IMG/VR virus record: IMGVR_UViG_3300044640_000771
Origin: a virus
Lineage: Duplodnaviria; Heunggongvirae; Uroviricota; Caudoviricetes
Strand: one strand, 5' to 3'
Length of the DNA stretch: 64,000 bases
The position numbers and the translations under genes were made by a program. The notes below the pieces were generated by a model. The model saw nothing but the letters and a program-made list of their open reading frames with translations. It ran no database searches and was not told the origin of the DNA. This document shows, in pieces, positions 16,367 to 24,221 of this stretch (position 1 is the stretch's first letter; each line of letters starts with the position of its first letter).

Positions 16367-18457
16367 TTGAAAGGGAACATCTTGAAACTGCAAACTAACT
16401 CTACCAGTATTGAAATCAGTGGGAACAATGATAGCTCACAGTTCAGCATTGCCATGAATGGTAAAGCTTTCCGTGTTCTGTCAGACACTCTCTACAAGAA
16501 CAAGATTGGTTCGATTGTTCGTGAACTTTCCTGCAATGCATATGACGCTCATGTGATGGCAGGTAAGCAAGATGTTCCCTTCACTCTGCACTTGCCTGAT
16601 GCATTTGAACCTTGGTTCTCTGTGCAAGACAAGGGTGTCGGTCTGTCTCCAAAGGATATCACCAGCGTTTTTACCGTCTACTTTCAGTCTACGAAAGATA
16701 ATAACAACGACGCTATTGGTGCATTCGGTCTTGGTGCTAAGACTCCCTTTAGCTACACCGACCAGTTCAGTGTAACTTCTGTCAAGGATGGCAAGAAGTA
16801 TATCTACTCTGCTTACATTACTGAATCTGGTGTTCCCAGTATTTCGGAAATGCATTCGGAAGATACTACCGAAGAGAATGGCGTAGAAATCAAAATGTCT
16901 GTCAAGCAGCAAGACTTCCGTACATTCAGGACCGAAGTTGAGAATCAACTGCGCTTCTTCAAGGTTAAGCCTGCAATTGAAAATGGTACTGTTACTTTTG
17001 CACAATTCGGCAATGTAGTCTTCGATACTGATTACGGTACGATTCACAACCGTAGCTATAGTGTTTATCCTGCGATCTATATCGTTCAAGGTAACGTTGG
17101 CTACATCGTTGATCGTAACGAAATCAAGAACAATATCTCTGCTGAAGCAAATGCATACCTGCATCTGTTGCACAACTACGATGTTATTCTTCGTTTTAAC
17201 ATTGGCGAAATCGGTGTCACTGCTTCCCGCGAAGGTGTAGAGTACAACGCGACTACTTGCAAGAACATTGAACAAAAGATCACTAATCTGAAAAAGTCTG
17301 TGATTGAACAGTTCGATGAAAAGCTTAAGAAATTCCCTACGGATTGGGAGAAGGTTGCTTATGTGAATACCGATGCGTTGATGCAGACATTGGGTAAGTA
17401 TCCTGATGGCGTCAAGGTTGACGGTGGTTACATGGTTAGTAATCTTGCGTTGCCTGATGTTAAGATTATCGCTCGTAGTACAATGCGTCGATCTGCACCG
17501 ATGTATTCTTACTCGGTGAACAAGGCTGGGGTTTCGCAGTACAACTTCAAGGTTCGTATTGATTCCAAGAAGGACGTTAAGTTCGTCATCAAGGATTCCA
17601 GCACGATGATTAGCGCTAAGTATCGTCAGTTGTATGCTGGTTTCAACGGTGTAATTTACGAAATCACTCCTTACGATGGTTTCGACCTGGAGGAATTCAA
17701 GAAGAGCATCGGTGGTTACGATGAATTCATCAAGGCATCGGAAGTTATTCTTCCTCCTGCTGTAAAGAAGAAGTATACTCGTTCGAATTACTACAAGTAT
17801 TGCGCTGGTGCATCCATGTCTATCCGTAGCTGGACTCGTGAGCCTGGGGAAGATATCGAAGACATTGAAGATGAAACACTGTACGTTGAAGTGAAAGATG
17901 GTAACGTAGTTGACATGGATTCGATTCGTCAGTACAATGCTGTTTCTTACTTCGAAGAAGTACCTGAACTGATCGCTATCCGTGAAGCTGACATTGCAGA
18001 AGCAGAAAGCAACGGTAATTTGATTCCGCTGAAGGACTACATTGAAAACAAGATCAAGGAGTACAATGTCAATTCTTCACTGAAAAAGAAGTATCTTGCT
18101 TTTGATGCTGCTTCGACTTATAAAAACTCGCTGTTCTATCAGCTGTTTAACGATGAGTTCGTAAAGCAAATCAAAAAGCTTGCGGTTGACAGCGAAATCA
18201 ATAAGTTGTATACCGCACTTCAGAAAGCAAGTAAGCGACCTGGGATGACAGATAAAGAAGTGAATATTTGTCAGTTCATGGGTTGGGATCGTGATAAGCA
18301 AAAGCTTCAACAGCGCAGGTATTCGATTGCTCGCAATTTTGTCAACAAGCTGGAGAAGAAGTATCCTTTGTTGCGAGTTGCATTGAGTAGTTCGTATTCA
18401 AATAACACCGTAGAAACTGCCGCAGCACAGTATGTTGCACTAATCAATAAGGAGTAA
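16367..18457 (+). CDS. rIIA: rIIA-like protein (GHKL ATPase fold)
   Basis: N-terminal region resembles T4 rIIA: IVRELSCNAYDAH (N-box), VQDKGVGLS (G1), GAFGLGAKTPFSYTDQFSVTS (G2). 696 aa. Probable TTG start. Confidence 0.8.
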   Translation: MKGNILKLQTNSTSIEISGNNDSSQFSIAMNGKAFRVLSDTLYKNKIGSIVRELSCNAYDAHVMAGKQDVPFTLHLPDAFEPWFSVQDKGVGLSPKDITSVFTVYFQSTKDNNNDAIGAFGLGAKTPFSYTDQFSVTSVKDGKKYIYSAYITESGVPSISEMHSEDTTEENGVEIKMSVKQQDFRTFRTEVENQLRFFKVKPAIENGTVTFAQFGNVVFDTDYGTIHNRSYSVYPAIYIVQGNVGYIVDRNEIKNNISAEANAYLHLLHNYDVILRFNIGEIGVTASREGVEYNATTCKNIEQKITNLKKSVIEQFDEKLKKFPTDWEKVAYVNTDALMQTLGKYPDGVKVDGGYMVSNLALPDVKIIARSTMRRSAPMYSYSVNKAGVSQYNFKVRIDSKKDVKFVIKDSSTMISAKYRQLYAGFNGVIYEITPYDGFDLEEFKKSIGGYDEFIKASEVILPPAVKKKYTRSNYYKYCAGASMSIRSWTREPGEDIEDIEDETLYVEVKDGNVVDMDSIRQYNAVSYFEEVPELIAIREADIAEAESNGNLIPLKDYIENKIKEYNVNSSLKKKYLAFDAASTYKNSLFYQLFNDEFVKQIKKLAVDSEINKLYTALQKASKRPGMTDKEVNICQFMGWDRDKQKLQQRRYSIARNFVNKLEKKYPLLRVALSSSYSNNTVETAAAQYVALINKE

Positions 18458-18460
18458 TTC

Positions 18461-19390
18461 ATGAAATATATCATTGGTTCGGATAGCGTCACTGTTTTTG
18501 TTGACGGCAAGCCCTGCACAGTAAATAAGCAGGCACCTACATATAATCTAGTCATCAAGGCACTGAAGAGTGGTAATGTTGATGAACTGCGCAATGCAAT
18601 CAATATTCGTCAGTCAATTGTTACGAATTTGAATAGCAAGGCCAAGGGTAAGGTTCGAATTGAATCTAGCCGAATCTTCTACGAAGATCGTGAAGTTACA
18701 GGTCTGATCGCAGGTCGTGTCTTTGAAGTGATCCGCCTTGGTCTGGATGTTCAACCGATGGTCAACTTCATTGAAAACCTGATGAAGAATCCTTCGAAGC
18801 GTGCAACTGACGAACTGTTCGGTTTCATGGATGCATGCGATCTGCCTATCACTGAAGACGGTCATTTCCTGGCATACAAGCGTGTACGTTCAGACTACAA
18901 GGATGTTTACTCTGGTACTATGGACAATAGCGTAGGTAAAGTTCTGGAAATGTCTCGAAATCTTGTTGACGAAGATAAGGATAACACTTGCTCTTACGGT
19001 CTGCATTTCTGTAGCTACGATTATTTGCAGCACTTCAGCGGCGATCGTGTCATGGTTCTGAAGATTAACCCTGCCGATGTAGTGGCTATTCCTTCAGACT
19101 ATAACAACGCGAAGGGTCGTGCTTGCCGATACGAAGTAGTTGACGAACTTCCTGTGAATGGTAAAATGCCAGAGTACAAGATTCAGGCAAACTACTCAGC
19201 TGACTACGCAAAGCCGGTTTCAACCTCACCAATCGGTCAGACGAAGCTGGGTGCCTCTTCTGTTCGTGCAATTAAGCACATGCTGGCAAATGGTGTAGCA
19301 ATCGCAGTTATCGCTCGTAAGTTCAACGTGAGTTCGCGTACCGTGGCTCGTATCCGTGATGGTCAAGTGGAGGCTTATAAGAATGTCTAA
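18461..19390 (+). CDS. rIIB: rIIB-like protein
   Basis: 309 aa directly after rIIA. Conserved rIIB block ITEDGHFLAYKRVRSDY...CSYGLHFCSYDYLQHF...IPSDYNNAKGRACRYEVV. Confidence 0.8.
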   Translation: MKYIIGSDSVTVFVDGKPCTVNKQAPTYNLVIKALKSGNVDELRNAINIRQSIVTNLNSKAKGKVRIESSRIFYEDREVTGLIAGRVFEVIRLGLDVQPMVNFIENLMKNPSKRATDELFGFMDACDLPITEDGHFLAYKRVRSDYKDVYSGTMDNSVGKVLEMSRNLVDEDKDNTCSYGLHFCSYDYLQHFSGDRVMVLKINPADVVAIPSDYNNAKGRACRYEVVDELPVNGKMPEYKIQANYSADYAKPVSTSPIGQTKLGASSVRAIKHMLANGVAIAVIARKFNVSSRTVARIRDGQVEAYKNV

Positions 19391-19640
19391 TGTAGCTAAA
19401 CTGAAAGAAGTACTTGCTAAAATCAAGGTAGACAACAAGTGCGATGCTGAAAAAGTTGTGCGAGAGCTTTGTTCATTCGTCAATGATGTAGAAGATAAAA
19501 TTGCAGAAATTGCAATTGAATATCAGATTCGTGCTCACATTGCCGGACCATACGGTGCGAGTCGTTGGGTAAGTCTTGAAGGTGATTCCTACTACGACAT
19601 TGAACCCGGCGAGTGGCAAGCTTCTGCTCAATCCTGTTAA
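19383..19640 (+). CDS. hypothetical protein
   Basis: Start MSNVAKLKEVL. Confidence 0.35.
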   Translation: MSNVAKLKEVLAKIKVDNKCDAEKVVRELCSFVNDVEDKIAEIAIEYQIRAHIAGPYGASRWVSLEGDSYYDIEPGEWQASAQSC

Positions 19641-19643
19641 CAA

Positions 19644-19661
19644 GAAGGGCTTCGGCCCTTC
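19644..19661 (+). terminator. stem-loop (weak terminator or RNA-processing hairpin)
   Basis: GAAGGGC-TTCG-GCCCTTC. The 3' T-tract is weak. Confidence 0.35.
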
Positions 19662-19679
19662 TATTCAAAGGAGAATACG

Positions 19680-19874
19680 ATGTATCTATCAAACGATGAA
19701 TATAAGCCCCTAGCTGTAAGCGCGGATGCCCTAGAAAAAGTAGTTGCTTTCATGATTGAAAATGAAATTAACTTTGTAAGGGCCACCGACGAAGATTCAG
19801 CAGATGGTATCGTGTCACTAGCCAATGATGAACTGGCTGAATGGCAACCATCGTGGGAAGAGTCGAGTTGCTAA
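19680..19874 (+). CDS. hypothetical acidic protein
   Basis: 64 aa, AAAGGAG SD. Confidence 0.35.
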   Translation: MYLSNDEYKPLAVSADALEKVVAFMIENEINFVRATDEDSADGIVSLANDELAEWQPSWEESSC

Positions 19875-19883
19875 GGAGGTAAT

Positions 19884-20102
19884 ATGAACCAAAAAGAATT
19901 CGATAACCTTGTCGATGAACATAATGAACTCGTACTAGAAAGTGAAAACAAGCTGGTAAAGATTGCTCTGGAGAATAATCTAAAACTTGAACTTGGTGCT
20001 GCTTATGGTGAAGGTCGAATGCTTCTTCTGGAAGATGACAACAAAGACTGGGGATCAGGCAAGAAGCGGGGCGAATGGTTGTACTCTTCGGAAAGTTGCT
20101 GA
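19884..20102 (+). CDS. hypothetical protein
   Basis: 72 aa, AAGGAGG SD. Confidence 0.35.
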   Translation: MNQKEFDNLVDEHNELVLESENKLVKIALENNLKLELGAAYGEGRMLLLEDDNKDWGSGKKRGEWLYSSESC

Positions 20103-20329
20103 TGAAATTCTGTTCTGATTGTAAACACTATCGTGAACAACTCAGTGGGCAATGGTGTTATCATCCTTCACTCGGTGTTCGGATTGTAGACGGCACTTCG
20201 AATCGAAAATACTGCGTTACAATGCGGCATGAACATGGAGATTGTGGGCCAAATGCCAAGTTGCACGAAGAAAAGACTTCCGCTACAATCATTCCATTCT
20301 GGAAAAAACTCTTTAAGTTGAAAGGATAA
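20102..20329 (+). CDS. hypothetical Cys-rich small protein (zinc-ribbon-like)
   Basis: MKFCSDCKHY...CYHP...CVTMRHEHGDC. Confidence 0.35.
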   Translation: MKFCSDCKHYREQLSGQWCYHPSLGVRIVDGTSNRKYCVTMRHEHGDCGPNAKLHEEKTSATIIPFWKKLFKLKG

Positions 20330-20330
20330 C

Positions 20331-21281
20331 ATGCTAGTTCTTATTGGTTCCCGCGCTATCGAATACTGGTGCAATGACTTCCGAAAAGTCGGTCCTGACT
20401 ATGATTTCATTGGTACAAAAGAAGAATTCAAGAGTTTGGTTACTCGTCTGATTCAAGACGGAAATCGCCTAGTTGAATTGAAATTCATCGAGGGAACCAA
20501 TAAGGCATACGCTAAGTTCAGCAAGTTCATCATTGACATGAGTATGGTTGATGTTGACGGTCCTCTGCGAGAGTCTGATGCGGAAATCTATGAGTATGCC
20601 AAGCATCGGTTTGGTTGCATTTTTCTGAAAGAACTTGACAACTACTTCATGCTTTCTACTTTGGAACTCAACTTTGTCTTGAAGGAATCCCATAAGTTCA
20701 AGAAGAATAGTCCGCACTTCCTCAAGACGATGCAAGACCTAGAGTTTCTTCGCAGGTTTACAAATGAAAACATTATCAATGTGTATCTTCGTGAAGTACT
20801 TGACCGACGCAAGAAAGCAACGTACAATTACCAGCATCCTAAGTTGAACACCAGCAAACAGGAGTTCTTCACGGATTCTGTACCGTATCAGTACGATCAT
20901 GATACAATTCATGAAGCGGTTAAGCACTTGGACAAACCTGCGTATCAGTACTACATGCAAGACGATGCCCAGGTAATGTGCAGTAGCGACAAGTTCTTCG
21001 CGCAGCCTGAGATTGTTCGGTTGTATGGTGTACTTGAAGAAAGCTATGTACTTGCCCTGGAACGTGCTGTGATTCCACACGGTACTAATCCAGAACGTGC
21101 ATTTGAGATTGCACTGGAGAAAGTTTGCACCAGCATTACCAGCGGATGGTTCCGTGAGTATGCTTACGAGAACTACTTCAAGGTGAAGAATATGTACCAC
21201 GCTAGCTATGTTGACAAGTTCAACCGAGCCTTGTACAATAACCAGATCAAACCATTTAAGGAGAGTTCTTATGCCAAGTAA
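20331..21281 (+). CDS. hypothetical protein with N-terminal nucleotidyltransferase-fold signature
   Basis: VLIGSRAIEYWCNDFRKVGPDYDFIG matches hG[GS]-x-DhD of KNTase-type minimal NTases. About 250 aa of unknown C-terminal region. Confidence 0.45.
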   Translation: MLVLIGSRAIEYWCNDFRKVGPDYDFIGTKEEFKSLVTRLIQDGNRLVELKFIEGTNKAYAKFSKFIIDMSMVDVDGPLRESDAEIYEYAKHRFGCIFLKELDNYFMLSTLELNFVLKESHKFKKNSPHFLKTMQDLEFLRRFTNENIINVYLREVLDRRKKATYNYQHPKLNTSKQEFFTDSVPYQYDHDTIHEAVKHLDKPAYQYYMQDDAQVMCSSDKFFAQPEIVRLYGVLEESYVLALERAVIPHGTNPERAFEIALEKVCTSITSGWFREYAYENYFKVKNMYHASYVDKFNRALYNNQIKPFKESSYAK

Positions 21282-21744
21282 AATTCAAACAGTCTACGGT
21301 AACGTACTTGACTTTACTGAAAATGCTGTTATGATTCATGGCTGCAATTGTCAGGGTGTGATGGGTAGTGGTGTTGCGTTGGCTGTACGGGAGAAGTATC
21401 CTGATGTGTTCGCTGATTATCGCACGTTGTGCAACCTCTACGCCGACGATTCCTCTCGATTGCTAGGTGACAATCAGTATGTGTATGTGTCGGAGAATCA
21501 TGTTATTGTGAATGCAATGACGCAAGACTTCTTCGGTGGAGGTAGGCAGATCAATTACGAAGCTATCTATCTGTGCTTCGAACGTGTAAATCAGTTCTTG
21601 ACAAACGTTGCATTTGAAGCTACACTCTACTTTCCAAAGATTGGTGCAGGACTCGGTGGTGGTAACTGGGAAATCATCAAGACAATTATTGAACAAACCG
21701 TTGACCAGAAGTTCAATCCGACTCTGGTAGAATTTTCAGGTTGA
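21271..21744 (+). CDS. macro domain (ADP-ribose binding/processing) protein
   Basis: VMIHGCNCQGVMGSGVALAV and IGAGLGGGNWEII match macro-domain glycine-rich motifs. TAAGGAG SD before the ATG at 21271. Confidence 0.7.
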   Translation: MPSKIQTVYGNVLDFTENAVMIHGCNCQGVMGSGVALAVREKYPDVFADYRTLCNLYADDSSRLLGDNQYVYVSENHVIVNAMTQDFFGGGRQINYEAIYLCFERVNQFLTNVAFEATLYFPKIGAGLGGGNWEIIKTIIEQTVDQKFNPTLVEFSG

Positions 21745-21769
21745 CTTCATCGTGTGAATCGGTTATAAT
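21741..21769 (+). promoter_or_regulatory. consensus sigma70-type promoter (TTGACT-N17-TATAAT) upstream of the SSB gene
   Basis: TTGACT at 21741-21746, exact 17-nt spacer, TATAAT at 21764-21769. About 100 nt upstream of the 21867 start. Confidence 0.7.
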
Positions 21770-21866
21770 GAAATATAAGAAGCAGGATGCTTCTGCCATT
21801 AGGCAATAGTTGGTAGACTAGCAATCAACACTACCAAATGTCAACTCTATGTGAAAGGATCACAAA

Positions 21867-22478
21867 ATGCTAAAACAACTAGAAGGTACTCTCGTTTACG
21901 TCATGTGCGACAAACCCACTCCTTGCTATGAAAAGGATAAGGGTACAGAATGGAAAGCTGGTATCGTACTAACTGACGAAGATACGGTTGATCTATTCGA
22001 TGAGACTTATCCTAAGCAGTCTGCTAAGAAAGTCAAGTCAAGCGAATTTGAAGAAATTTACAAGTGCAAGCTGCCAGAAGGTGCAGGTAAGAACGTATGG
22101 GTCATCACCCTGAAGAAGAATACCAAGCTATCAAACGGTGAAGATGTACCTGATAAGTATCGTCCGCACGTATTCGAAGTAACTGAAAGCGCAGGTAAGA
22201 AAGTAATGACCGACATTACCTTTACCAAGCTGGCTGGTAACGGATCAAAGGGTATTCTTACCATTGATCACTGGGCTGGTGAAAAGGGTAACGTAGCTCG
22301 TCTGAAGAACGTAGCTGTTACTGAACTGATCGAATATGTCAAGCCTGAAGGTTCAGACTACAATCCTGGTGATGAGTTTGATTTCGGTGATGCTCCTGCT
22401 CCAAAGGCTGAAGCAAAGAAGCCAGCTGCGAAGAAAGCAGTGAAGAGTGATGCAGAAGACGATGGCGCTCCCTTCTGA
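21867..22478 (+). CDS. ssb: single-stranded DNA-binding protein
   Basis: 203 aa with a lysine/alanine-rich linker and acidic C-terminal tail ending DDGAPF (SSB-type C-terminus). Strong promoter upstream. Confidence 0.65.
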   Translation: MLKQLEGTLVYVMCDKPTPCYEKDKGTEWKAGIVLTDEDTVDLFDETYPKQSAKKVKSSEFEEIYKCKLPEGAGKNVWVITLKKNTKLSNGEDVPDKYRPHVFEVTESAGKKVMTDITFTKLAGNGSKGILTIDHWAGEKGNVARLKNVAVTELIEYVKPEGSDYNPGDEFDFGDAPAPKAEAKKPAAKKAVKSDAEDDGAPF

Positions 22479-22600
22479 TGTGATTAAAACCACGTAGAGA
22501 AATCTACGCAGGATTAGCTGGTTACTAAGGTTCCTAGGGACTGAATGTGGTAGAATTCCAGCAAAGACATACAATTAGCCCTGATGTATGTTACTAATTA

Positions 22601-22677
22601 GCGTCCTTAGCTCAGAGGATCAGAGCAGTGGTCTTCTACACCATAGGTCGGGAGTTCGAATCTCTCAGGACGCACCA
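22601..22677 (+). tRNA. tRNA-Arg (anticodon UCU)
   Basis: Hand-folded cloverleaf. Acceptor GCGTCCT/AGGACGC, D-stem GCTC/GAGC with GG loop, anticodon loop CTTCTAC, T-loop GGGAG-TTCGAAT-CTCTC, CCA encoded. Confidence 0.85.
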
Positions 22678-22684
22678 GAACATT

Positions 22685-22770
22685 GGGCAACTGACCAAGT
22701 GACAAATTGGTACAGTCGGCAGATTCAAAATCTGTGGTTTTTCCCGGTTCGATTCCGGGGTTGCCTACCA
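22685..22770 (+). tRNA. aberrant tRNA-like element (tRNA-Leu CAA-like; possibly a pseudo-tRNA)
   Basis: Acceptor GGGCAAC/GTTGCCT plus A plus CCA. T-arm CCCGG-TTCGATT-CCGGG. Anticodon arm GCAGA-TTCAAAA-TCTGT. Leu-type D-arm GAC-AAATTGGTACA-GTC. However, 7 extra nt (ACCAAGT) follow position 9 and the variable region is only 7 nt. Confidence 0.45.
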
Positions 22771-22777
22771 GATCAAC

Positions 22778-22900
22778 GGGAGCGCAAGGTCATTCCTTGC
22801 ATTTATGGAAAGTAATTTTGTGAGTGTGTAGAACTGCCAAATGCCTAGGAATGAAGGTGAGACTGCACAAAACCAAATCCATATCTAGCTGCTCCCACCA
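22778..22900 (+). ncRNA. candidate small structured RNA with tRNA-like acceptor end
   Basis: 123-nt spacer begins GGGAGCG and ends TGCTCCC-A-CCA (7-bp terminal helix plus discriminator plus CCA). No T-loop or anticodon arm recognisable. An internal hairpin CAAGG-TCATT-CCTTG is present. Confidence 0.25.
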
Positions 22901-22906
22901 AACAAC

Positions 22907-22980
22907 GGGGTCTTAATTCAATGGTAGAATATTCGGCTTTTACCCGATCAACATAGGTTCGATTCCTATAGGCCCTACCA
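22907..22980 (+). tRNA. tRNA-Lys (anticodon UUU)
   Basis: Acceptor GGGGTCT/AGGCCCT. D-arm ATTC-AATGGTA-GAAT. Anticodon loop CTTTTAC. T-arm ATAGG-TTCGATT-CCTAT. CCA encoded. Confidence 0.85.
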
Positions 22981-22990
22981 AATCCAGATT

Positions 22991-23467
22991 ATGAAAACAA
23001 TACTTAAAATATACGGTCCATACCAACATGAAAATGGTAGATTATTTGTAGTAGCAAAATACAGTGACGGTAGTAAAGGAAGTATTTCTTATCCTAAATA
23101 CTTAATGGAATTACATTTGGGTAGAAAACTACTACCAAATGAAACAGTCGATCATATCGATAGAAACTATCTCAATAATGAAATATCAAACCTGCAGATT
23201 TTAGATAGATCGTTACATGTAAAGTTAGACGTAAAGCGACGACAAGACGAAATCTTAACTTGTATTTGGTGTAATGCAAATTTCTTAAAGACAGGAAAAA
23301 TTTTATCCACCCAAAACTCCAGAATAAAACATACAGCAGGCCCGTTCTGCAGTAAAAAATGTTCAGGAAAATACGGAGCATCAATTCTTCATGATGGCAT
23401 CGAGCCACTAGCAAGAGTGCAAAACCCTAAGAACTATTATCAATTAGATAAATCCTCAGTAGTTTAA
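22991..23467 (+). CDS. HNH homing endonuclease embedded in the tRNA cluster
   Basis: VDHIDRNYLNNEISNLQIL HNH_3 motif. C-terminal Cys cluster (CIWC...CSKKC). Starts 11 nt after tRNA-Lys. Confidence 0.75.
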   Translation: MKTILKIYGPYQHENGRLFVVAKYSDGSKGSISYPKYLMELHLGRKLLPNETVDHIDRNYLNNEISNLQILDRSLHVKLDVKRRQDEILTCIWCNANFLKTGKILSTQNSRIKHTAGPFCSKKCSGKYGASILHDGIEPLARVQNPKNYYQLDKSSVV

Positions 23468-23543
23468 TGGTAAAACAGCGGAATTATACCCCGTAGCGCC
23501 AGATAAGCGGCTAATATTGGTTCGAATCCAGTTTGAGGAACCA
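23453..23543 (+). tRNA. aberrant tRNA-like element (class II length, anticodon ambiguous, UAU if the canonical fold is imposed)
   Basis: Acceptor TCCTCAG/TTGAGGA plus A plus CCA. D-arm GTTT-AATGGTA-AAAC. T-arm ATTGG-TTCGAAT-CCAGT. The middle 39 nt fold poorly (A-C mismatch closing the anticodon stem, 21-nt extra arm). The 5' end overlaps the HNH stop codon. Confidence 0.4.
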
Positions 23544-23564
23544 CAATATCGAAAGGAGTAAGCA

Positions 23565-23718
23565 ATGTACTATCGTGATCTAGAATCCAGCATCTTCAAG
23601 GGTGCTTTCAACAAGGCAGTTCATGACTCAAACATGAAGAAGGCTGCTGCAGAGCGTTTGGCTAAGATTGCCAAGCTGAAGAAATCAAAGAAGAATAAGG
23701 AGATCGCAAATGACTGAT
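23565..23718 (+). CDS. hypothetical small basic protein
   Basis: MYYRDLESSIFKGAF..., AAAGGAG SD. Confidence 0.3.
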
Positions 23719-23964
23719 ACAGCAGTAGCAGCACCGGCTGCACCAACCAAGACTGAAATTGAAATCATCGAAGACATGATGGACCAACTAATCCAGATTG
23801 AGAAGTACAATACAATTCTTAAGGAAATCAAAGCTGAAGCTAAGGGTCAAGGTTATGATGCTGCTATCCTAGCTTCCGTAGCAAAGGCTAAACTAAACGA
23901 CTCCCTGGACGATCTGAGTGAGAAGTCTCAAGCTGTCCTGGACCTGATTGATGAGGTGAAATAA
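23710..23964 (+). CDS. hypothetical acidic protein
   Basis: 84 aa. Confidence 0.35.
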   Translation: MTDTAVAAPAAPTKTEIEIIEDMMDQLIQIEKYNTILKEIKAEAKGQGYDAAILASVAKAKLNDSLDDLSEKSQAVLDLIDEVK

Positions 23965-24167
23965 TGAAAGAACAATTCGCAGGTTACTCTATCTTCGGTA
24001 TTCTAGTGTTTCTGGTACTTGCATTGATCTTCGGCCCTTTGCTGACCATCTGGACACTGAATACTCTCTTTGTCAGTCTAGCAATTCCGTATACTTACTG
24101 GACTTGGTTAGCTGCTCTACTGCTTAACCTTACCATTGCAGGTGCAGGTAGTCTAAGTAATAAATAA
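23964..24167 (+). CDS. small membrane protein
   Basis: Two hydrophobic helices. Confidence 0.35.
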   Translation: MKEQFAGYSIFGILVFLVLALIFGPLLTIWTLNTLFVSLAIPYTYWTWLAALLLNLTIAGAGSLSNK

Positions 24168-24174
24168 ACACACG

Positions 24175-24210
24175 ATCCCTACTGGTTAATTCCGGTAGGG
24201 ATTTATTCTT
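24175..24210 (+). terminator. rho-independent terminator
   Basis: ATCCCTAC...GTAGGGAT stem with loop containing TTAATTCC, then TTATTCTT. Confidence 0.6.
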
Positions 24211-24221
24211 AGGAGAAGTCA

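Noticed and set aside
16481-17275. 264-aa minus-strand ORF
   Set aside because: It is antisense to the rIIA gene, whose homology is unambiguous.
20739-21200. 153-aa minus-strand ORF
   Set aside because: It is antisense to the 316-aa + strand gene and has a Leu/Val/Ile-rich shadow composition.
22520-22600. sigma70 promoter for the tRNA cluster (TAGAAT near 22551)
   Set aside because: No acceptable -35 element lies at 16-19 nt spacing. The tRNAs are probably co-transcribed from the 21741 promoter through ssb.
22588-22815. 75-aa + strand ORF
   Set aside because: It spans tRNA-Arg and the tRNA-like element. It is an artefact of stop-free tRNA sequence.
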